Source: Microbotryum violaceum (Eukaryota). From it: a DNA stretch of 64,000 nt. A program made the translations under genes and the position numbers. Location of the stretch: the NCBI GenBank assembly GCA_001244265.2, contig LN717261.1, positions 620,001 to 684,000 of the forward strand, written 5' to 3'. This document shows, piece by piece, positions 52,875-64,000 of the stretch. The notes beneath the pieces were generated by a model. The model saw only the letters and a list, made by a program, of their open reading frames with translations. It did no database searches and was not told the DNA's origin. Each line of letters begins with the position of its first letter. Positions within the stretch are counted from its first letter, which is position 1.

Positions 52875-54749
52875 CTCCGGCGAACTCTCCTTGAGCGCGA
52901 GTGGGACAGATTCTGCATACACAAGAGTGTCAGCCTCAATATCAAGCAAGCTTGAACTATCACTAAGATCAGATCGTTGGGATCAACAGTAGGATGACTG
53001 ACCGGGAACCGGCGGAGGAGCTCCACTCCCCTCTCGCAAATCGAGGGGAGGGGGGTCAGAATTTGCTTCCAACTCCGTGTCACACCGCAAGCGAGCATGT
53101 TTAACCACGTCTAACATGTATGCGCGTTGGTTAGCATAGAAGTTGTCCTGTAGTGGCTTGACTGGGCTCCAGCTCCAGTCCAACTCAGACTGAAACGCAA
53201 CCGCCGCGACCAACGTTTCCATCGTTCGACAAACGAAGACGCCGCAAGCGTTGCCATCGGGCTGTCGCGTAAACTCTGTCCTAGGCATCAAGTCCCCCTT
53301 CTTCAGTACTCGCGGTTTCACGATCACTCCCTCCCACTCTGCGTACGGGATTGTGGGCCGGTCACTGCCTCCGGTGACACGAGGGATGGGTCCTTCTGCC
53401 CGAGCCGTGAGGAAAGGAACGATGTTCTGCGATCATGAGCTCGGCGGATTATAGTCAGCCTATCAGGTAAGCGGGATCCCCACAAGTCGCTTCTCCCTCT
53501 CACCTTCAAACAATTGGCAAAATTTTGTTCCGGCGATGAAATGTTCGGGTCGTCTACGCTTTCTTTAGATCGCCGCAGCGAGTCATGGAAGCGGAAGGCG
53601 TGGTCGGACAGGCGGGCCTCAACAAGCACCTAATGACCGGGCACAATGTCAGGTAATCCGCCGGATGCTGATGGAAAGAGATCGATGGGGCCCCGTGAGA
53701 TGTTTCTATTACGACGAGGCAACGTTCGTATTTGCAGGCTATCCATTCGTGCTCCTGTTCCGGTTGGTTTCGCCAATGAAGGATAGGAGGAGGATCGGTG
53801 AGGAAGAATTTTGTCAGTTTTGCTTCCTAATCAGCAACTTCATCTAGCCATCAATGACTGCTTATGCTTGGAACCAGTATCGACCTACCTCGGTGACCAT
53901 GTACAAAGGAAGCTTGAGAATTGGTATGGTGTCCTTGAGCGTCCATTCATCTGCTTTCCTTCGGTCACCAAGAATCAGCGGCCATTGCCCGTAGTCGGCT
54001 TTCTCTTCCGCCGACCAGAGGAGGTTCGACGACATGATCGCTTGACGTTTGGCTTGCATTGTGTCATACTCCAGCTGTAGATAGTTGGGTGCACGATTTT
54101 CGAGGAGGTTGACGACTTGGTGCAGTTGATCCATGGCTTCTTCGTCGCCATCGGAGGAGCTGGCTTCGGAGTCGTCGACGGCGGGGTCTGAGTCGGCGTT
54201 CGAGTCGACTCAGTCGGAGCAGCCCTCAGGAGTCTTTGGCATTTGATTGGAGTGCGTCATGGAGGAAGATCGTCAATGATATCGGGTTCCCGCTGGCCCA
54301 AGTCTTTCTTCTGGGTAGACGTAGTCGAGGGCATCTGGGAGGTGCCACGTGCAGGTGGGCGGGCCATGTCGATTGGTCGGGTCCCAATGCGGAGTCGGCC
54401 ACCCTTGTTCTGGAGCGTTGCATTCATCTGCTGACTGGACATGACGTATGCGACACGGGTTTTGGAACCAAGGCGAGTATCGGTCGATGGCAACGGATGG
54501 CAGGAACTGGCGTGGCGCGGTGAACATGAGTCGAAAGTAGAAGTAGGCATTTGGCGCGACGCGACGCGTGAAACAGGCTAGGTGCACCCAGACAAAATTG
54601 AGCAAGTTCCGACGCTGGCGGCGATGCGCGGCTGTGCAGTGGATGCAGCTCCTACTTTGCTTGGGCAGTGACACGCATGATCGGATCACTTGACCCGTGT
54701 AGTACCCAGTAAAAGAAAGAGTGAATATTCGATGCCTGGGGGTCTTCAT
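52875..54749 (-). pseudogene. Ulp1-like (C48) cysteine peptidase-containing pseudogene; probably continues at ~47714-47116 beyond the chromovirus B insertion
   Basis: PGH*VLVEARLSDHAFRFHDSL (H[W]..D; a TAG sits at the expected W) and RQPDGNACGVFVC (Q..C) give the Ulp1 catalytic pattern; multiple stops and frameshifts. Confidence 0.65.
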
Positions 54750-54826
54750 CGAGCCCGTGGGGGGGGGGGGAGTACGGGCACGATTTTCAACTACATGAGA
54801 TCCGGGTGAGAGTGCGTCTTACCAAG

Positions 54827-55094
54827 GGTGGACGTACATAGTGGTCATGTAAAAGGCCTCGTCAAGTTTCAGGGTGATACATGGCATACTACACGAGATA
54901 CAGCGGATTGCCCCGCTACGTGGTAGATGCACCATCCTTAATTGGTAAACGCACCTTTCTTCCGGAGCAAACGCACCAAACTTGCGCGAAGAATGCACCA
55001 TTTGTAAGTGAACTTTGCACCTTACTACCTGGGTAGATGCGTCAAGCTTCGGGAGTAAACGCGCCCGCGTAATTGGTAAATGCACCATTTACTC
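54827..55094 (-). mobile_element. Putative DNA-transposon terminus (GAGTAAATGGTGCATTTACC on the minus strand) upstream of the Ulp1-like gene
   Basis: Repeated at 16925-17143; several TGCACC/GGTAAA subrepeats; ends abruptly at 55094. Partner TIR not found. Confidence 0.45.
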
Positions 55095-55268
55095 GCGGCA
55101 TTAACCCATTTTCCGTGCTGAATGTCGATGAATGGCGTCTAACTGCCGGTGTTAGTAGCTGGCGGCGCGCGCTCCGACCCTTTTCCTCATCGCTCGGCAG
55201 CTCGAGGTGCCCCTCTTCGACCTGACTCTCCTACCTGCAGGCGGCCCTCCCCCGCTCAACCCTACACC

Positions 55269-57496
55269 ATGTTCAAGCGGCCATTTAGCTCCAAGACGTC
55301 TACGCCCGTTCGCTCGAGTGATCTGCGTCGGCTACGCGAGGAGCTTGTCCAATCGACGTCCATTCCGAAGTCATTCTTTTTCCCGTCGCTCGATCCTGCT
55401 GGTTGGACATCGGCCTTGGCCAAAGTCGCCTTGCCCGACAAGACGCTCATCTGCAAGGCTGCGACCCATCTCGATGAACCAGTGACACTGTACCTCTCCC
55501 CCGCGACCGGCAACGACCCCTTGTTTTTTCGACCGGGCAAGGGCGACGACCATGACCTCGTCCCGACGTGCTATGCGATAGACCTCCTTCAGCAACCCCA
55601 TAACCAAACACTACAAACACTACAAAGACAAAATGCGATCAAGTCGCCCGGACGCTACGTGTTGCCTACTCTGGTCACCGCCGATGCCGTACTAGACCAT
55701 CTCATTACCGGCGCAGGTAAGTCACCCAGACTTCGGGGCGGGGCTACTTCTCTGGGGCATCCCCCACCCCCACCGAGATCCCATCCAGTGACCGAAATCA
55801 CCTCTCGAAACCCCACGCTCCATCAGCCCTTTTCCTCGCCGGCATATCCCGTTCTTCTCTCCTATCCCTTCCTGACGAGATACAGCCCGGCTCCCTGGTC
55901 ACGATTCGATGCTCATCATCGCCCGTGATCGTCGCCATCGGGTACTTGACCGCAACCAGGCCGGAGCTCTTGGCCAACTTTGACCGCAATAAGGGCGGTA
56001 AGGCTGTCACAACTTTGCACGCGCGAGGCGATTTTTTATGGAATAGTGGTAGCAAGGAATCAGTAGTGGGTGCTACTTCCCCATCCTGGCCCCATGGCAG
56101 CGCTGGGACGGCAAAGGACAAGGGACAGGAGGTGCCCCTTAGGCAGATGCAAGATTTATCGGTGCAGCCGAAGGCAGGGGAACGTGCTGAATTGGCTCCT
56201 GCAGGTAAGTGAAAAGGACGCTTCAGATGGGTATACTTGAAGCTGTGCAGAGCTCACCAGGATGTGTCAATGAACCCTGTCGTTCGGACCCATGCGAACA
56301 GACGTCGATGTGGTGCTTCTCCAAGCCTTGCTCCTCTCGATCCGTCAGACATTGTCCAAACCCACCGCACCGTTCCCTTTGCCTGCGTCATCGCTCTATT
56401 CATCCCATATCCTACCCCATAGACCTGCTTCACCCCCGCACTCCACAGTCGAGATCAAAAAGAGCTCCCACAAAAAGCTCAGCGCGTTCGTCAAATTTGC
56501 CGTCAAGGCGGGCTACGTCGTATCGAAAGAGGTCAAGGGCGAGCTGATGATCATGAGCGTGCATGTGGAGCATCCTGAGTGAGTACTACACGATCATAAG
56601 TAAGAGTTCCCCTATTACCGCTTGATCTGATTCGCAGCGACGTTTGTCTCGCCGTAGTGTCCAGGCGGTTCGGATCTACAAAACGCTCGCGCAAGCTCAA
56701 GCTCAGGCTGTGCAGGCCTCGTCGAAAAAATCAGAAGCCGACCTCGGTCCCGGTGGATCCTCTTTGTCTGAAATTTCTTCGTCATCATCCTCTGTGGTCA
56801 TCACGGAACTTTTCAAGCCGACCTCGGACGTATTGGCCATTTTTCAAGACATCGATCACCCAAGGTCAGGCCTTTACGTTTAGGATGGTCGATATGTGGT
56901 TGCATCCTGCTGACCACGTCGTAGCAAACAGGCCGGAACGTGACCTCTATCTCCCCGTCGAACTCAAAAAAATACTTACGACCTACATCACCTCGCATTC
57001 GCTCACCCATCCTCGCGACCCAGCTTTCCTCACGCCCGACGAGACCTTGTCGCACTGCCTGCTCAAAAAGTCCGAGTCGCTCGATCTCCTCAAACGTTCA
57101 GACGCGATCACGCGCTTCCAATCATCCTGCCAACCGTACTACTCCGTCGCTCGACCGAACCACCCCGTCGAGTCGTTCAAGGGGACGCCTCCGGCGATGA
57201 AGATCTGGGTCAAGAACGTCGGCAAACGTCAAGTGACGATTCTGACGAACCACGAAACCTACACCTCGAAACCTCTCAACTTTTACCCTCTGCAAACGCT
57301 ATTGGACGAGCTCAAGATGCGTACCGCTTCTTCGGTCAGCTTGCAACCCATCTTGGGAGCGACCAAAAAGGGGCAGGCACAAAAGATGGAAGTCGCGTGC
57401 CAGGGCACGCACGACAAGGTCGTTGTGGATATGCTCACATCCAAAGGCGTGCCGAGGAGGTTGATAGTTGTTGATTTAGCTAAGGCCAAAAAGTGA
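55269..57496 (+). CDS. TMA64: Translation initiation factor eIF2D/ligatin (PUA-SWIB-SUI1); exons 55269-55716, 55827-56204, 56302-56578, 56658-56864, 56932-57496
   Basis: MFKRPFSSKTSTPVRSSDLRRLR N-terminus; DHLITGA-ALFLAGI; GGKAVTTLHARGDFLW; LYSSHILPHRP..EIKKSSHKKLSAFVK; SWIB-like LTTYITSHSL; SUI1-like KRQVTIL..EVACQG. Four in-frame GT-AG introns. Confidence 0.92.
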
Positions 57497-58769
57497 GGCT
57501 CAATGATGGCAGTAGGAAAATATGGAAATGGGTGTCATGCCTAATACAAGTCGACACGAAAGCCTCGATGTCCCAATCTGAGCTTGAGAGAGCATCGTGC
57601 AAAGTGGCGATAGAAAAGTACACATACAATTTCATCACCGATCTCGAACCAAGCGACACCCTGCGGCAGTACAAAATGAAGGAGATGCTTTATCAGCGAT
57701 GCCGTAGGAAGATTGAGGCACAACTGTCAAACGAAATCCTATTGCGAAATTCGATCTTGCATGCGCAGCGCTATGAAGCCGCCCTCAACAAGCCCCACGG
57801 ATGAGTTTCGAGGGCGGGGGTTGTGAATTGAAGTATCCAAAGCGGGGATATGTTTTGAAGTGTTCAATCACGGCTGATGCGGGGTGTGGGAGAGAGAAGA
57901 GATGGACGACAGCGGGGGGAATGGAACAGCGGAGGAACAATATGGACTTGCGGGTCCGGGTCTGATGGAAGTGTGTTGGAAGGTAAAAAGAGCACGGAAG
58001 ACTCGTCGGACATACAACTTGGAAACGGGGTGCGAGGCTAGGCGCTTCACCACTCGAGTGCACAGCCAAAAAGGCTAAGAGAGTATGATGTGCGAGGTGA
58101 CGGAAGGGAAGAAAAGCAACCCGTCGCGGGAGGACACGCGTGACTCACAACTTGAGAGCTAAAAAGCAAAAGCTATGAGATGCTTTGTGGGCAAGGAAAG
58201 TGGCCCCCATAAGAGGTCGTGAGAGAACGAGAGCTGAAGATCGGTGATAGTCGCTGGTCGTGGTGGGCCGGTGCGGTGAACGGTGCACAATGCGTACTGG
58301 GCCATTCGGAGGCTCGTGTGCGAGCTTGCGCGAGAGAGCGCGAGAGTAGGCGAGAGTTGCGCGAGTCTGCGCCTGTCTACACATGCGCGCGCGAGCTTTA
58401 TGGATTTCCTATGGCAGGACCCGCGGTATGTCTTCTCTACGGAGGTGTTGCAATTTATGTAAGGCGGTTTTATAGAGCTCCTGTAAGAGCAAAGCTACTT
58501 TACGGCTGCCTTAGGCGGTCGTTCTAGTATCCGTATGGACATTGGGTTATCAGTCCGTAGGGGCGCCGGTTTGCGGTGACCCTACGCGTGCCGTACAGCT
58601 AGCGAAGCTCAAAACAGAGGTCTTTGCGAGGCGTAGCAAAGATTGTATTTAGTGACGTGCAACTATGACATGGGCTTTGCGTAGCGTGATAGCGTACCTT
58701 TGCGAGGCGTAGCACGAGTGTTAATGAGAATTGAAGCACTTAGTGCGGTCTCGGCGGAGGTAGCCTATA

Positions 58770-59607
58770 GAATGCTACGCGTCAGCTTGGATCGTCCAAC
58801 TAGGGCGTTCCGGTAGGAAGGGCTCTGCACCACAACTTGGTCACCCCGGAACAGTAAGTACTGGAAGTACTGGCTGGGCGATATCGAAAATTCGGGAGAA
58901 TCTGGAAGATGTGTACTGACATCAACACAATAGGTATTGGGATAATGTGACAGGAGGAGAATAAAAGCCGGGAGAACAGGAATATCCGCCGGTGCCAATG
59001 TGGGAGACAGGGCGCGACACCCAAGCATACCGTGCACTGTACGCGGAAGCTCGCGATGGGTTGTACCGAGGCAAGAAATGCCTCAAGGCATACCCAACTC
59101 CACTTCTGGTTGTAATCGATGGTTATGAAGGACGGACTTTTAGTCACATCATCCTCAAAAGGGTGACTGTTGTGGGATCATGTGCATGGTAGTAGGGCGG
59201 ACGTGGAAAAGCAAGAAAACTGGAGGCATGGTGGGGAAGGTGGACTTCGTACCTTTGAAAATACGTATTCACGGGAGTTTCAATGTAAGTGCATCTGAAA
59301 GTCTCAAACACCGTAACCAGCAATTGACCGGTTCCCAACTTGTGGCAGCAGTTGTTTACGACAGGGTCGTTCGCATCAACGTCAACCGAGGCACCGGAAA
59401 CCAAGCTCGCGACGCCAATCAAGCGTTCCGCTTTGAATGTCGAACTTGATGTTGGTGACACCGACTCAGAAGGCTCGGAACTTCTGTCCAGTCCTCCAAC
59501 GAAACGCCAGAAAACAATAGACGAAAGCAGCGTAGAACCGTAGGCATCTGCAATAATGTAACAGAACTGCTGATTTTCAATGTTAGGTGGCGCGCCGCCG
59601 AACCTAG
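58770..59607 (+). mobile_element. Helitron 3' segment (copy D) containing a spliced, degenerate gene that ends 64 nt before the CTAG terminus
   Basis: GTAAGT introns at 58854-58933 and 59285-59348; stop TAG at 59543; 3' end GGTGGCGCGCCGCCGAACCTAG|T at 59607 matches the other copies. 5' boundary not determined. Confidence 0.7.
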
Positions 59608-62122
<2,515 letters not shown>

Positions 62123-62127
62123 TTTCA

Positions 62128-62192
62128 TAAGTTTTAAGGATAGTAGGATATAGTAGGATAAGTTTTAAGGATAGTAGGAATAGTTTTAAGGA
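62128..62192 (-). repeat. Stack of Helitron 5'-terminal stubs (TCCTTAAAACT x3, TCCTACTA x3)
   Basis: Minus strand reads TCCTTAAAACTA-TTCCTACTA-TCCTTAAAACTTA-TCCTACTATA-TCCTACTA-TCCTTAAAACTTA. Confidence 0.75.
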
Positions 62193-62213
62193 ACGTTTTT
62201 TATTATACTGTTT

Positions 62214-62720
62214 TTACCCTAACCAGTAAAAAAAAAGTGTCGATCCGCGACCACGTACCTAAAATCGCTGTTTTTGACTGTGTTGCGGCCCAGAGGGCCG
62301 CCTATAGTGAATGTACCAGTACAGTATTGCGTCTGCCGTACCTGGCTGTGATATTGGCGTCCCGGCCAGAAGTCATGTACGACCCTTTTCAGGAAAATGT
62401 TTGTTGATTTTTGGCGGGGTGCCCAACTATTGAGCAGTTTGTGTGGGATTTAATGTATAGAAAGCGCGTGGGTTGGCATGACACTTCTTCTACAGAGCTC
62501 AGGCGTGGTCTCGCTGTCGTTGACGCGCGTACGCGGGCGCCACTAATAAGCTGCGCGATGCCCCGTCGATCACGTGACGTATTTCTGGCATCCCGATACC
62601 GGTTTTAGGGGCTCAACAACAACATGAGGTTCCAGGCGCTGTGAATACTCCTACGAATACTCCCGCGCTACTCTCTCGAATTTTCGCCTTTTCCCTCCCA
62701 CTCTCATCGAATTTGCGTGA
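62214..62720 (+). mobile_element. ~500-bp arm homologous to the region upstream of the RepHel gene (reverse complement of ~12855-13370)
   Basis: Colinear shared blocks: TTACCCTAAC, TACCTAAAATC.CTGTTTTT, GCGGCCC-nnn-GGGCCGC hairpin, ATGTACCAG, CAGAAGTCATGTAC, AAGCGCGTGG, TCCCTCCCACTCTCATC. Confidence 0.85.
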
Positions 62721-62921
62721 CGATCGCGCCGAGTCTTTGGCGCGAGGGTACTCGCGCCGTACGATAGCGTACCGGGAGGGCTTGAATCTTGACGCAGGCA
62801 AGGCGCGGCCAACCCTTCCAGGCCTCGCGACCGAAAATCGTTGGAGACTGTAACACTCTCTTATCCAGAAGTGATCACTCAATAGTTGTCACCTGATATC
62901 GCCTTTCGTCTTCTGCCTCTT

Positions 62922-64000
62922 ATGGACGGCGCTCCAGTCGGTCCGCGAGTGCCAGATCTCTTTCAATGCCTATTCTGTGGTCAACGCTACGCCTCGCTCG
63001 TCGCCAAGTCAGTCCATTAACGACAGGCCCATGCACTCGACCGAGAGGAGCCAGAGCCAAGTACGCGCGCAGAAGCTGAACGACGTCGACTCGATCGACT
63101 CTACTGGGCCGGTGCACGCAACGACAGCATCAAGCGAATGCAACGTGAGCGAGCCCGTGGGCCTCGACAGCGTCCGCCCAACCAAGCGAGCGACTCAAAG
63201 TTCGTCCTCTGAAGACGAGCAATTCTACGACTCGTCCTCGGAGGACGAAGACCTGCCTTTAAGTCAAAACCGTACACCTTGGGAACGAAATCAACGCAGA
63301 AAGTTCCGCACCGAAACGCACCCTCAAGCCGGCTGGGCGTGCGACGCCGCTGGCAATTACTGCGAAGTCCAAACGCTACCGCCACTACCGCACACCGAGT
63401 TGTACGATCCAACAAATCTATACTATCCTTTCGAGTCCGAGTTCGCCTTCGAATTTGCCAAACATGCGCAAAAATATCGCTTGTCAGAATCCCAGTTCAA
63501 CAACCTGATTCGAATTCACAAGGGCGTCGGGGTAAGTGGCACCGGGTGGCGTATCAGTTTATGTGCTCATCTGTTGCTAGTCTTTGCAGATCGACTATCA
63601 GTATGCAAATCGTGACGCGTATCGGGCGATCTTGGATAAGGTTCCTTCTGGTTAGTCCGTCCAACTCGTTGCCGATATCCCTGCTGACCGAGACCCCCTC
63701 TGGCGGCACATTTTGCAGCGAAATGGACTACTTTTCATGAAGCGACTCTGAAATTGACGGCTCCGTCCCTCTGCTGGCCTGAACACTTGTCCACCTTGCC
63801 CTTCTTGCTACAGGTAAGCCCGTATTGCACGGGTGATCATGAGGAGTCGAATTGCTGACTGGTCGATAATGCCAGTCTCACACATTTTGGGTTCTGGACA
63901 CGGCTGAGGTCCTATGCCATCTTCTGTCGTCGCCCATCTTTTCGGGACACCAAACGTACGCGCCACAAGAACACTTCGAAGTCTGCAAAGATGGCACCGA
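62922..64000 (+). pseudogene. Plavaka-like transposase gene (N-terminal C2H2 finger), 3'-partial, apparently frameshifted
   Basis: CLFCGQRYASLVAKSVH (C-x2-C-x12-H); FRTETHPQAG; YYPFESEFAFEFAKHA..LSESQFNNLI; later HTFWVLDTAEVLCHLLSSPIFSGHQTYAP. This fits the pattern of basidiomycete Plavaka transposases. GTAAGT intron at ~63532. Confidence 0.65.

Noticed and set aside
57493-57804. 103-aa ORF overlapping the eIF2D stop
   Set aside because: No recognisable motif or splice support; likely 3' UTR or intergenic, though a small gene cannot be excluded.
58370-58765. CTTTGCGAGGCGTAGCA short repeats as a TE end
   Set aside because: Suggestive of subterminal repeats, but no TIR or TSD could be identified.

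Overview
This is eukaryotic DNA, not prokaryotic: GC-rich, with short GT-AG introns and CTGAC/CTGAT-type branch points. It is most likely from a basidiomycete fungus; Pucciniomycotina (Microbotryum-like) is an inference from the TE mix and the CpG/TCG transition bias. Four host genes are recognisable: the TFIIIC B-block-binding subunit (runs off the left edge), prefoldin subunit 3, a Ser/Thr-rich GPI-anchored protein and eIF2D. The rest is largely transposon-derived. (1) Helitron clusters at 4.5-16.9 kb and 58.8-62.7 kb contain a degenerate RepHel element, several non-autonomous copies, ~120-136 bp mini-Helitrons in head-to-tail arrays and stacked 5' termini. (2) A nested cluster at 27.4-55.1 kb contains two Copia elements, a TIR element holding an L1/Tx1-like LINE with a solo LTR inside, two full-length chromoviruses with TSDs, a DIRS/Ngaro-like element and an Ulp1-like peptidase pseudogene. 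(3) A Plavaka-like transposase gene at the right edge sits behind a ~500 bp arm homologous to the Helitron's 5' arm. The most interesting observations are this shared arm, a spliced SSB/OB-fold-like gene at Helitron 3' ends, Helitron self-targeting and composite formation, a 42-bp-period palindrome/spacer array, and two non-tRNA priming signals in the chromoviruses. No rRNA, tRNA or true CRISPR-Cas was found. All protein assignments come from motif recognition by eye, not database searches.
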